A stretch of 38,895 nt of DNA from Octopus sinensis (GCF_006345805.1 NW_021835704.1:1-38895), one strand, 5' to 3'. Shown: positions 1-13,195, numbered from the stretch's first letter. The notes: generated by a model not told the origin, from the sequence alone. Numbers and translations: made by a program.

Positions 1-144
1 ACCTATTTACCCTCGCATATACTGGTGTAACATTTTATGATTTGCGGAGGGTTGTAACTTCTCTCTACAGTTAATCAGGTAAAATATAATACAATATGGT
101 ATATGTATTTATATTTTTTGTTCATCTATAATTACATTTTATAT

Positions 145-246
<102 letters not shown>

Positions 247-249
247 CAG

Positions 250-1150
250 TATTTTTATATCTTTTTTTTTCTTAATATTGGATTTTTTCATAATGTTGGA
301 AATATGCTATATGATTATATTTTCCAAAGGTTTTTTTAAATAAGTTTATCTGTTATAGAACCAATTATCTTTTTTTGCCTTTAATCCCCGATTTTCAGTC
401 AATAGAAGATGTGTTCCTCTCTCTCGGATGAAATCGGAATTTATTTATGGGTTCATTGTTGAATGCTTTTATCACGAACACCTTAACAGTTTGCTAGGAT
501 GAAGTATTATGAGGCTTCTATTTTATATATAAGTACTCGACTTTTTTTAGGGCTTGAATTGGTTTATATATCCTTCTTCCCTTATTTGGTGCTTAAATCT
601 CTTTCTAAATTTTAAAAATTTACTTTCCATTATGTAAAATATAATAATATATAAATTTTATTAAATTTTGGTCATAATTTTTTTCCTGTACCCTTAATGC
701 CCATTTAGATCTCATTGTCACCTCTTTTATTTTCTATTTTAGGCCCCTTTTAACTGATAATAATAAACTAGTTAACATCAACCCCTACCCTCCCTCTTTC
801 TGGGCATATACCACTATCTTACTGACTTCTTAGATTTATTCCTTTATGTAGTTATAGCGAATTTATAGCTATAGTAAATTAGGGGTTTGGGAGAGTATCT
901 AACAGTAATTGATTTATCCTCAACAGCTAGGACTTAACTGTCATTTCCCAGTGATTTTTATTCTTAGTGGACGTAGTATACTAGCTGCATTAGATCTTTT
1001 GATGATGATAAGGAGATAGATAAATGTAGCTATATTACCATCTCATGACTCCCATTGTTATTCTCTTCTGCCACTCCAAATTATAGGAGTATCTTATGTA
1101 ATTCTTGCATTACTCGATTAAATGGAGTTCCCTGAAACGGCCCTAATGCA
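250..1150. mobile_element. Highly decayed T-rich interspersed repeat, possibly Penelope-like body
   Basis: Strongly strand-biased AT-rich tract abutting a PLE-type terminus; only weak RT-like peptide hints on the minus strand (e.g. RGVTMRSKWA). Confidence 0.3.
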
Positions 1151-1495
1151 CTAAAACCTTGACATCCTTGCTACTCATTTGCTTTTTATTCACCTTACTT
1201 CGGGCTGAGTTGTTGCTTCAACCAAAGAACCCAATTCAACTGAATATTAATTATTTCTTATGTATATATCTCACGTCTTATGTATATATCTTATGTATAT
1301 ATCTGACATCTATTTTCATTCCTCCAACTGACTCTCTATTTCGTATCTTATCTAAATTAACTATTGCTTAACCATCTTTTCAGACCGTCTCGATGAAGGG
1401 ATATAATAAATATCCTAGAAACAGCTGAGAGACCTTCTATTTATAAATGTTCTAAAATCTACACAGCCTTGGTTTGTTAACACATTACGGAAACA
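1150..1495 (+). mobile_element. Penelope-like element pLTR/3' end remnant
   Basis: T-rich tract leading into a hammerhead-like motif (1387-1433), a short tail, then (TA)n; this is the typical PLE terminus layout. Confidence 0.6.
1387..1433 (+). ncRNA. Degenerate minimal type I hammerhead ribozyme
   Basis: GTCT-C(-)GATGA-A-GGGATAT aataa ATATCCT-A-GAAAC-AGCT-GAG-AGAC. Stems I and II and the palindromic stem III are present; one core U is missing and the GUH triplet reads GAG. Confidence 0.65.
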
Positions 1496-1499
1496 TTAT

Positions 1500-1528
1500 A
1501 TATACATATATATTTATTTATTTATATA

Positions 1529-1568
<40 letters not shown>

Positions 1569-1633
1569 TATATATATATATATTATATATATATATATAT
1601 ATATATCTATATATATATGCATATATATTATAA

Positions 1634-1664
<31 letters not shown>

Positions 1665-1834
1665 ATACATATTATATATATTATATATATAAATGTATAA
1701 ATAGATATGTAACAATACATGAAGAATTTACATTCTTTTTAATAAATGAGTGTGAGTGGGCATATGCATATAGAACATGCGCGTATTTTTAGACGGGTAT
1801 TTGAATATAATTATGCTCGTATGGGTATGTGCAC

Positions 1835-1874
<40 letters not shown>

Positions 1875-1880
1875 GTGTAG
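1500..1880. repeat. (TA)n and (GT)n microsatellites
   Basis: Direct reading. Confidence 0.9.
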
Positions 1881-2459
1881 ACATGTATACGTGTACATGC
1901 ATGGTTGCATATGTATATATGTGCATATATAGGCGTATGTCTAGGTGTACATGTATGTGTTTCACGCGAGTGTGAGTGAGCATACGCATACAAGCACATG
2001 TATGTGGGAGTGCATGCGCACATGTGTGTGTATGTATGTATGTATGTATGTACATGTGCGCATACACGATTTCTATGAGTATTTTGGCTTCTTTTCTTTT
2101 TTACTTTCTCCCCTTCGGTTTTTTTCCCTTATTTAACGGTCATTCTGATAGCTCTTTTGTCTTAATAAAGGTCAACTACATAGTAACTTCCCTCTGTTTA
2201 ACGGTCATTTTCATAGCATTTTTGATTGCTTCGATAACTAACGAGTTGCGGGAACAGTTTTCTGCCCCGACATACCAAATTCGGAGTCTTATTATAGCAA
2301 CCGAATAATTGTTACATGTTATATTACACACCCAAATACACACACCACACACATACACACACACACCACACACCACACACACACATATATATATATATAT
2401 CGATATATATATATTATATATATATAATATTTATATTTACGTTATTATTAGGGTTCAGT

Positions 2460-2790
2460 AAAATAATTTACTTTAACACACCGAACTTTTAGAAATAGCA
2501 GCCAAAAAATCTTAGCTATTTCTTCTACTATAAGAAAAATCTCCCAGACAATGCATACTGAAATATAATTCACACAGGTATAGAGGGGAAAATAACGAAA
2601 GATCACACGTACATAAGATTACTTGAGAATGGCCGTTTCTGGATTAGTTGAACATAAAGATCAACATTTCCTTCGTCAGCTCAAAGATTTCTTTTGATTT
2701 TGATTTGAGAGCACTAAAAATCGAACATACCCGTCTGACATGAGTAATCCCAGACAAGCCATCTTATTATATAACGTAATGTTTTACATA
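2460..2790 (-). mobile_element. Penelope-like pLTR remnant
   Basis: Carries a near-intact hammerhead motif on the minus strand and lies between (TA)n tracts. Confidence 0.6.
2623..2684 (-). ncRNA. Minimal type I hammerhead ribozyme, near intact
   Basis: Minus strand: TTGAG-CTGACGA-A-GGAaatGTTGA tctttatgt TCAACtaaTCC-A-GAAAC-GGCC-ATT-CTCAA. Perfect 5-bp stem I, intact CUGANGA and GAAA cores. Confidence 0.8.
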
Positions 2791-2848
2791 CTGAACACTA
2801 CTTGGTAAAATTAATTAATAATTAATTAATTTTACCCTTTTATTATTG

Positions 2849-2887
<39 letters not shown>

Positions 2888-3549
2888 ATATGAATTAGAA
2901 CCAGCACTAATGTAATAAACATTATCAACCCCATATACTCAAACGCAAAACACAACTATATTTGCCGGTCGGCTGCGAAGTGGTGTGGAGAGTACTCTCT
3001 CAAAGCGCCTGGGCGTTTTAACAGATTCACTTTGTGACTAGGTGTTCCTCGGTTCGATCGCAGTGTTTGTTTTTTTGGGGGCAATTTGCTTTCTATAAAA
3101 TCTTGCGTCGGCCCAAAGTTTTTCAGAAAAACCGGATAAAGAGGGAAACTGTATGGGGGCTTGCCGGTTAAATTGTACCAGTAATATAACTGGTTAACCC
3201 TTGTCACACACTATCTAATTGAATCTGGTCGAGGGTTACATAAAAATACAAGTGCCTGAGGAATTTTCTGCCACTTTGAATCGAATATATTGAATAGTCT
3301 AGCTGGAAGAGCCAACCTGGAAATCGTCGGAGAATCCATTAACAGTTACATTCGTGTGTGTGTGTGTGTGTGTGTGTGTGCACGCGCACGCGCGCATTGA
3401 TCCTTGTGTTTCCATTTGAATAAATAGCTCAGCAGCAGTGGTGACAGTTGGTATAAGAGCAGCAGTTAAAGCGGGTCTGTTCATGCTTTTTCAGTGCTCT
3501 GTACCTAACAGCCGTCAGTATACCTATTAATTTAATAGGAACACATCAA

Positions 3550-3557
3550 TCACTTAC

Positions 3558-3593
<36 letters not shown>

Positions 3594-3983
3594 GTCTATC
3601 TCTCTCTCCTCTCCCTCTCTCTCTCTCTCTGTAATATATATATATATATGATATATATTATATATATATTATATATATATATATATATATATCTATTATA
3701 TATATATATATATATATATATCTGCCTATCTCTCTCTGTTTCTCTCTCTCTCGCTAATAACTTACGGCCACGCAACACTTGAGGTTTAATTTTCTGTTGC
3801 CATTGTGTAGCACAACCTGCTTTAAAGGGGGCACGTATCTATGTGTGCATGTGTGCGTGTATGTGTGTATGAATGTATGTGTGCACGCGTTTGTGTGTGT
3901 ATGCATCTGAATGAATATGTGATTTTGTGTGCTTCTGCATATAAGTACATACATACAAAGATATGTGTATATATATATATATG

Positions 3984-4030
<47 letters not shown>

Positions 4031-4260
4031 TCGTATATATATATGTGTGTGTCTGTATACTTGTATGTATGTTGTATGTATATATATATATACATTGCAT
4101 ACGTATATAGCGAAGAGTGTGCTTGTGTATGAATGCCAATTTGTTATATATAAATGTATGTATATGTATATATATATATGAACGGATGGATGGGTGTAGT
4201 TGTGTATGCATGTATGTTTTTATGTGTGCATGTATGTCTAAATGTATATTTACATAAATA
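3550..4260. repeat. Compound (TC)n/(TA)n/(CA)n/(GT)n microsatellite tract
   Basis: Direct reading. Confidence 0.9.
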
Positions 4261-4519
4261 TCTATGTATGTGTTTAGTCGCTGCCGTTTTACACCTGTGT
4301 TGTTTATGCAATAAACATCAGTCGGTTAAATTTATTGGTTGCTATGTATAGTTAATTTGATAATGCACTTTCTACATAGATATAGACTAGGACTCACATA
4401 ATGACAATTATAAGTTTCCTGGTGAATATGTATGTATTATGCTGAATCAAAAGTTTGGCAATTTTTTGGTAGCTTATTTGCTTTGTTCGTCAACTTACAA
4501 GAACAACCGAGTATTCAAA

Positions 4520-5000
4520 CTAGAGCTCATCTTCTTACACCCTCTGAAGTCACCTTTCTGCCAGTTCTTTGATCCCATGCTGATTCCACTTCTTGTCCTT
4601 CGAGTCGAAGAACTCCTTCGCTGGAGTTTCAATGTTCTCTTGATTGATGAAGCGTCGCGTGCGCAAGAAAGGGAACCATGGATCGGAGCAAGTAATAATC
4701 CTAGAGAGCCAGGTCTCGAGTTTCTGGAGTTTATTCCGAGTCGTTGGAGCAGTAGGAGATCTTGCGTTGCCTTGTTGCAGAAGATCTTATTTTTTGTTAA
4801 TCAACACTGGGTATTTTTTCTGTCCAAATGGCATACATCCATTCCAGCTGTTTGGATACAGGTTAATAGCATCGATGGTTTGACCGTCAGGAACAAATTC
4901 GTAGTGAGTTATCCCCACATAATTACACCAGAGGCAGAGCATCACGTTGTGTTCGAAACGTCCATTTTGGACAACAGGTTCCAGAAAATGGCTCTTGCTT
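4520..5000 (-). pseudogene. Mariner DD34D transposase, catalytic/C-terminal fragment
   Basis: Minus-strand peptides NVMLCLWCNYVGITHYEFVPDGQTIDA, LQQGNAR..TTRNKLQKLE, DYYLLRS and KEFFDSKDKKWNQHGIKELAER*; frameshifts and stops. Confidence 0.9.
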
Positions 5001-5029
5001 AACCAGGCTTATGAACGCTAGGATTGCGG

Positions 5030-5230
5030 GAAAATATCTCCATCAGAGTATTATTTGTTCCGATCCATAACTCACCTCCTGCGCTCGTGATGCTTCTCGA
5101 ACCAAGAGGTGTTGTAAACTGCAGTGAAAGAGTTCTTCACCTCGAATGACAGGAAATGGTATCAGCTTAGCATCAAAGAACTGACAGAAAGGTGATTTCA
5201 GACGGTGCAACACGTTGGCCTCTGCTTTGA
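5030..5230 (+). pseudogene. Mariner transposase C-terminal fragment, second inverted copy
   Basis: Plus-strand SPSEYYLFRSITHLLRS...KEFFTSNDRKWYQLSIKELTER*FQTVQHVGLCFE. Confidence 0.85.
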
Positions 5231-5829
5231 ATGCTCGGATTCTTTTGTTGTAACTCGACAAATAAAACAAATGAGTTACCAAAATATTTGCAAAATTTTT
5301 GACTCAGTGCAATAGAATAAAGCAAGCACAAATATGCGTTCATTTGTCAGGTTGAGCAGCTTTTGTCCCGTTGACGCAATATTAGTTGAGACAACAGGAG
5401 ACAGAACGATCTTCACATTTTACAAGCTACCTTCTATCTATATATATGTTCTGAGAAGAACCAGAGATGTATGGCATCCAAATCGGTCTTAGTGCGAGTT
5501 CGTTTCAGCTTCGAATTTTCTGTGTTCCTGGGTATGCATACACACCTTAATGAGTGTTGTGCTGATGTTGTCTTTGTTTAGGTATTTATTTTTATTTTTA
5601 TTTTTTTTAATCGTTAATGGCTGTGATATTTATTTATTTGTTTATTTATTTGAATGTATCGGTTCAACTATTTTAAAAACAATGCGATTATTAAAAAGGT
5701 TAAGATTATCTCATAAACGCTATTTATTTCTTGGTTGAGTGACCTTTGCTAATATGTCTTTTCAAAAATTCGTTTTGGTGAAGATTAAATAACTTTAAAA
5801 ATGGAAGCGGAAATGCGATGTTACATGTG

Positions 5830-5861
<32 letters not shown>

Positions 5862-5920
5862 TTCAAACACAGGTTAGCAATATATCCATACATATGTATA
5901 TATATATATATAATATATAA

Positions 5921-5951
<31 letters not shown>

Positions 5952-6066
5952 AGATATAATATATATATATATATATATATAATATAACATACATATGTAA
6001 TATATATATATATATATGTATATATATAAATATATATGTATATATATATATGTATATATATAAATA

Positions 6067-6132
<66 letters not shown>

Positions 6133-6160
6133 TACGTGCGCTCACACATTTATACAGATA
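5830..6160. repeat. (TA)n microsatellite
   Basis: Direct reading. Confidence 0.95.
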
Positions 6161-7049
6161 TATATGCATATGGTTTAGTGGATATTAAATATATCTCTTT
6201 CTTAAAATATCGAGTTGTTAAAATCTTAGAGTACGCCCCTTTTTTTTTTGTTAGTGCAGGATCTAAACCATGTAAGATCAGAATTGACCTGGATTACATG
6301 AAATAAAACGCTCAGTCGAGTACTTCGGGTCCAGTCTGGAGTGCTTGACCAGTGTATCACCTTTCCTGTTAAGTTTGTGCAATAACTGGCATCGTAACAA
6401 AATATACTACTACTACTACTACTACTAGCACTACCGGTGCTGCCTGATGCAGATACTCCTGCAGCGACTGCGGCTGCTGTTGCTGCAGCTGCTGTGGCTG
6501 GTGGACATAATATGTATTGATATTGATGTTGAGAGTAATGTTAATATACGTCATCTCTTGCGTATAAGAACTATTTCTGTGAAATGATTGCTGGAATAAA
6601 TAAATAAATAAATAAATGAATAAATAAATACAACAATAAATAAACAAATAAATAACTAAAAGACTACAAAAACACGATAAAAATTCTTTAGAAGCCTAAC
6701 TTTTGGATATGAAAGAGTAAAAGATTTTTATTAAATGATATTGTAATATGTAAATAGACAATATTATAATCTCTTTAATAGAAGAGTTCTACTTACGAAC
6801 ACACACACACACACACACACTCGTATACCTTTGTGTTTCTCAGTCTATGTATGTATGTGTATATGTTGTGTGTGTGTTACGTGTGTGAGTATAGATGTGG
6901 GTTTCATTCCAAGAATTACAAGAATATTGTTATATTTTGGTCATACTTTGATTGTTCAATTCTGCTGATTTATTTACAGAAATACATGGAAGCAGAATGG
7001 AAGCAAATATTGAAGCATGCGTGATGGAGAATAGAAGCGATATCAATGC

Positions 7050-7683
7050 ACTTATATATATATATATATATATATCTATATATATATATATATATATATA
7101 CATATTATATATATATATCATAAGTGCAATATATATATTATATATATTATATATATATATATATACACAAATATATATATATATAATATATACATATATG
7201 CAAATTATGTATACATAAAATGTAGTTTCAATGCACAAACAAGGGAAAAAAACACAATACATGTAGTGGGTGTGTATGTTTGTATGTGTGTATGTATGTA
7301 TGTGTGTATGTGTCTGTGTATGCATGTATGTATGTATGTATGTGTGTATGTATGTATGTATGTATGTAAGTATGTATGTATGTATGTGTGTGTATGTATG
7401 TATGTATGTATGTATGTATGTATGTGTGTGTGTATGTATGTATGTATGTATGTATGTATGTGTGTATGTATGTATGCATGTATGTATGTATGCATGTGTG
7501 TATGTATGTATGTGTGTATGTATGTATGTATGTATGTACGCACGTATGTATGTACGCGTGCGTGAGTCTATATGTGTGGAGATAGAGACGAAAACGGGAT
7601 GAAAAGTTTTAATAATTGAACAGAATTGTTTGAAATCGGTTCCTACTTCCGAGTTGAAATCATATAAATATATGTGGTTGTGT

Positions 7684-7739
<56 letters not shown>

Positions 7740-7967
7740 ACAGATACATAGAAACGTAGATAGATGCATAAATAGATTGATAGATACATACATACGCATG
7801 CGTATATTTATACATATATACATATATACAGAGACAGACACACACACATAAATATATATATAGGCACACATGCATGTATATATATATATATATATATATA
7901 TACATAAATATATGAATATATACTTCTACATAGATACGTATGTGCTGTGTTATAAACATGCATATGT

Positions 7968-8002
<35 letters not shown>

Positions 8003-8062
8003 AAGTTACAGTATTTTTCATACTTTGTCGTCGCCAGTTTCCTCAGAATTGGAAGCGTTTTC

Positions 8063-8093
<31 letters not shown>

Positions 8094-8160
8094 GGCGGGT
8101 CTGTGTGTGTGTGTGTTTGTATGTGTGCGTGTGTGTGTGTGTGTGCGTGCGCATGTGTGT
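7050..8160. repeat. (TA)n, (TATG)n, (TG)n and (CA)n compound tract
   Basis: Direct reading; (TATG)n at about 7270-7560 and (TG)n at about 7680-7740. Confidence 0.95.
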
Positions 8161-8489
8161 ATATACGGTATCAACGTATGGGTGTGTTGTGTGTTATAGA
8201 ATTATGGAACCCGTTTATTGTATTTGAGAAATTGTGAAATAGGCTTTTTGCTGGTGGCTAAATAGAAATTCAGAAGAACTTCTCCAGTTTATTAAACCTT
8301 CGACTATACACAAAGCCTTGAATCGAATGGAACCAATTTTTATGACAATACAGAAAGCAATCTAATATGTACACACACACACACACACACACATACACAC
8401 GCCCGCGCGCGTGTGTGTGTGTGTTGTTGATATAGGCATTAAATGAAGAGACAGTGACGAGGGAAAATTCTGTAAATAATAATTGTAAG

Positions 8490-8663
8490 CTTTAAGCTTA
8501 TAAGCGTTTTCCGTGAATTGACTACAGAAAATAGTCTCATATTGAAGCATAGAAGCCCTGGATGATGGAAAAAGCCATACTAATGTCCGTCGAACGCTTA
8601 TATGCCCCAATATTGGACCCTTTTCTATAGCCAATTTCACCGTGAACGCTTATAAGCTTAAAG
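8490..8663. mobile_element. MITE-like element with ~55-bp imperfect terminal inverted repeats
   Basis: CTTTAAGCTTATAAGCGTT at 8490 and its exact reverse complement ending at 8663; homology continues inward. Confidence 0.7.
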
Positions 8664-8665
8664 AT

Positions 8666-8912
<247 letters not shown>

Positions 8913-9299
8913 ATACGTGTGTGTGTGTGTTTGCGTGTGTGTGTGTTTGCGTGTGTGTGTGTGTTTGCGTGTGTGTGTGTGTGTTTGCGTGTGTGTGGGT
9001 GCGTGTTCAAAAAACATCCTTAACATATATAAACACAAATGGTACAAACAGAAAACGCACTCAGAATGTCGCCAGATCCTTAACATAGGGCCAACAGTAT
9101 ACAACAATTCATTAAAACACACATACACGCACACACCCACACATACACGCACATAATTCATCTGTCAGTGACTACGATGATTGTCCTTTATGATATTTGT
9201 CTCCCACGAATACCTTACGTAAATGTAACGCTTTTATTGGCTTCTGTCTTCTTCTTTTTGATCGTGCAACGACAACCAACGTACACCTGTAAATATTTA

Positions 9300-9640
9300 A
9301 ATATATTCCTGTTTCTCCAACTCGGTCTACAGTAATTTCATGGACAATTAGTATTTTTCTGCGTCATAAAATTTCGTCCATTCTTTCGACATACCCAAAC
9401 CAGTGAAGGTTTATTGCAACAAAATCCTTCCATTCTAGGGATCTTAGCATTCTCGAAGATGTAGGTGGGATCCTCAAGTTCAAAATCATTCTCAGATGTT
9501 TCATTATTAGTTCAGGCAGAGTGGAGTGTTCGTTTGACGTATATCGTCCAGCACTCCGGATAATATAATGGACAATACTCTGGTTCAATATACTTCGCAC
9601 TTCACTTGGAACGACTGGTGCTTATGGTTTCCCAGTCGCT
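9300..9640 (-). mobile_element. Very decayed RTE-clade LINE fragment
   Basis: Minus-strand HLRMILNL and LHWFGYVERMDE resemble the post-RT LRWxGHVxRM motif of RTE elements. Confidence 0.5.
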
Positions 9641-9818
9641 GACTCAGCCTTCCCAGTAATACAAAAGAAGTATGAGTTGCTAGGTCATAGATGGACACCA
9701 CACTCTATAAGAACTGATCATCAACAGATACAGTGAAATACCAGTGACTAAGTCACAGATGGATACCAGTCTATAAAAACCTGAGTAACAACTGACCACC
9801 GACATTATAGTGTTGTAG

Positions 9819-10817
9819 TGTAGTGAAAATGGTATTCCCCTTCCACGTGACAAAGTGCTATGATTAGCCACTATAAAGTCAGGCAGTCAGTCGTTGTAGG
9901 AGGTCCTTAGAAGTAGAGTCGTTGTACAAGCTCTCAACTGGAGTTAGTGTCAGTTACGTGTGATATACGAGTTCGAGTTATCGTCAAGGTAGATGTTTCA
10001 AAGTCATTGTCTTGCGGAGCTATCAACGATAACACGTTAGACGAGTCAAAAATAATAAGATGCGGAATACTGCCATAACATAATAGTGGCGACAAGAATA
10101 TTACGGTGCTAAGAATGACATACAAGTGGACGACGATCCACATTATAACAGGGGCAACGAGGATATAAACAGTTCACAAAGAGAGCGTTGAAAAATATCA
10201 TTTTTTTTTCATGAGAATATAAAGAATTTACGCAGACGACGTTGAAAACTTAAGTGGTGAAGTTAAAAACCCGACAGAGGAGTAACAAATATTTTTGTTG
10301 TATATATTTCACGAAAAATCCGTAAAATTATGGAAAACGTGTCAGAGGGTCTAGTTGAGTTGCAAAAACAGGCAACAGCAGCAACTTAAAAACAAGAACA
10401 ACAACAAATGTTACAGCAATAAATGCTACAACTAAGGAAGTTGGTAACAAAACCGGAAAATACGTTTTCGCCAGACAATGTAGCAAATTCAGTAAATGAA
10501 TTTAAATATGACAATGTTGAAAGAATTCCATATTGGACATCCGCAGATCGCAAGGATGAAAGTGTTTATGCGCAGTTATGTGTATTGGCCAAAGATGGAG
10601 GAGGGTGAATAAAGTAAAATAGAATTACACGCTTACCAAAGAAAAATAAAAGTAGAGATGTAGTGATAATGGTACTCTCCTTTCCACATGACAAAGTGGT
10701 ATGATTAGCCACTATAAATTCAGGCAGTCAGTCGTTGTAGGAGGTCATTTGTAGTAGAGTCAGTTACGTGTGATATACGAGTTCGAGTTATCGTCAAGGT
10801 AGACGTTTCAAAGTCAT
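9819..10817 (+). mobile_element. Internally deleted Gypsy-like LTR retrotransposon
   Basis: 5' LTR 9819-10150 (TG...CA). PBS-like GGGGCAACGAGG at 10151. Gag-like remnant FSPDNVANSVNEFKYD. Purine tract before the second LTR copy at 10659-10817, a truncated direct repeat. Confidence 0.8.
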
Positions 10818-10951
10818 AAAGACACAAGCCTCCATTTCAGATTGCATGAAATGCTAACCCATTTAACAGAGATCAGTCAAAACAAGTACCAGACTGAAAT
10901 AAAAGCAGGGGACCAATATAATCGACTACAACGCTCAAAGCCAGTGCCTTA

Positions 10952-11286
10952 CTATGTTTGTCTCCCTCCACCACTTGGCAACCGGTGTTGGTGTGCTTAC
11001 GTCTCCGTAACTTATTGGTTCGGCAAAAGAGATCGATAGAATAAAGACCAAGCTTAAGAAAAAGTAGTGGGCTGGATTCATTCGACTGAAGGTTCTTAAA
11101 GGCGGTGTCCCAGCATGGCCGCAGTCTAATGACAGAAATGTGTAAAAAATACCTGATAAAGGGTACCAATCGAATAAGAGATCAATATTATCGACATACC
11201 CCCGCCCCATACCCCTAAGTATTCATCATGGTAATTACCATATCTCGTTAAAGTGTCACCGTATCATAATGAATAGATGGGTACCA
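10952..11286 (+). repeat. Left arm of long inverted repeat (SINE 3' half plus ~130 bp other sequence)
   Basis: About 97% identical to the reverse complement of 13196-13527; the ORF track shows the same MVPFIRYFLH... peptide on opposite strands. Confidence 0.95.
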
Positions 11287-11299
11287 GCAGAATATAACT

Positions 11300-11700
11300 G
11301 TATAAAACTTAGATAAAACTTAGATATGTTTCGACCAGAGATTGGTCCAGGCCATGTCTAACTTAATAGCACCACCTGATAGGATTATTCGAATCCTGTT
11401 TAAGTCAAGTTTTGTTCAAGTAGTGAGTTGTATCCAGTTTTGTTCAAGTAGTGAGTTCTTGTTGAGTGAGTTGTATCCAATTATGGGTGGCTTATCTGGT
11501 ATTCTTTGAAGGAATCTATCCAGACTCTGTTTGAAGTTGATGGGATCCTTTTCCTCTTTGATCTCCCTCGGGACAATGTTAAATAGGGCAGGGCTTGTTG
11601 AGGAAAAGAAATTATGTTGCAGTGTACATGTATGTTGTGATCTTGAATTTGGCAATCTCTCAAATGTGTTACGAACCAGCAGTCCTTGACAAGACAACTA
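11300..11700 (-). mobile_element. CR1/L2-group LINE 3' end
   Basis: Minus-strand SPALFNIVPREIKEEKDPINFKQSLDRFLQRIPDKPPIIGYNSLNKNSLLE, then a 3' UTR with a short tandem ATCTAAG tail. Confidence 0.8.
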
Positions 11701-11989
11701 AACGTCTCAAAGAATAATACATCTTTCTTACTAACTGATCGCTATCTCAACAAATATCTTTTCATCAAATAGTTTATTTATACCGAATGTCTTAGTTACA
11801 CCACCTAATTACATGTTTTTTACACCAGTAATTGCTGTGGTTTCAGTCGTTTCATGACTTGCTTTAAAATGCGATCATCATCTAATTTAGATCGAACTGA
11901 ATATATTCGTATCTTTATTCAGTTATATATTCATATATTCATAAATTCATATACTTTTATATATAGTTACATTGCTATATAAATCTATA

Positions 11990-12259
11990 GTTATACGCAC
12001 AGACACACACACATACATATATATACGTATATACATACATATATATATATACATATATACATATATACATATATACATATATATCTGTATGTGCGCGCGC
12101 GTGTGTGTGTTTGTATAAAGTTCAAGACAATTTTCGACGAAATCTTGTTGCTAATTAAACGACACTATTTCTCTAGGAAAAGAAAAATTCATTAAATGTT
12201 TTCATTGCTCAGACCTTTGCACACTCTAAACCTACGCGTGCGTCACACATACACACACA

Positions 12260-12290
<31 letters not shown>

Positions 12291-12496
12291 AACTCGCACT
12301 TATACACATACACAAACACTAACGCACACATACATATACACGCACTGATACATATACACATAACCTAACACAAACACAAATATTTATATATATAAATGCC
12401 AATACGCATGTATTTATTGCACATTATAGGTATATAATCCTCAGTTTATATATTCATATCTATCTATTTATCTATCTATCTGTATATATAAATATG

Positions 12497-12591
<95 letters not shown>

Positions 12592-12618
12592 GCATTTATG
12601 TGTGTACTGTGTATTACA

Positions 12619-12659
<41 letters not shown>

Positions 12660-12700
12660 TATTATATATATATATATCTTGTAATTATATCATTTAGTTT
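11990..12700. repeat. Compound (CA)n/(TA)n microsatellite tract
   Basis: Direct reading. Confidence 0.9.
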
Positions 12701-13195
12701 TCAATATAAACAGGTCTGCATCGAATCGCTAATAATGTTTCTATCCAATTATACGTTCCAATGTTACATCACATTATCTGAGCCGTAATTCCATGCACAT
12801 CCGTCGTGATTTAATAACCGACTGAAAGAGGGATTGTACCAGTCGTAGTAGGGGCAGCAGTACAAGTAGTAGTAGTGGTAGTAGTAGTTAGTAGTAGTAG
12901 TAGTAGTAGTAGTAGTTGTTGTTGATGATGTTTAGCCTGAGGACAACGCTCCGATCGAGTTGATTTAAAATGAAAGATCTTCCATTCGTAACGACATCCG
13001 TTTCAGAACGGTATGAAGAAGTATGTTAGCTACTGTGTCCGTCTTCCTTTAACAAATGCGGTGACTTTGTAATGTAAGGTCAATTTGGTAGCTATTTTCA
13101 GCAAGTCGAGCTTCGCTCGTGGATGATTTGAAAGAGGCAACAGGTTTTCCTATAAACGTGTACTATATTAAATGGGTGTATATATTTTTTTAATA

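Larger units (their letters stand above)
4437..5312. mobile_element. Mariner-derived element made of two inverted 3' ends, flanked by TA
   Basis: Ends TA|TTATGCTGAATCAAAAGTTTGGCAA and TA|TTGCACTGAGTCAAAAATTTTGCAA (reverse complement). Both arms encode a mariner C-terminus. Confidence 0.8.

Noticed and set aside
4439-5002. 187-aa plus-strand ORF and its similar partner at 5043-5282
   Set aside because: Both are antisense shadows of mariner transposase fragments.
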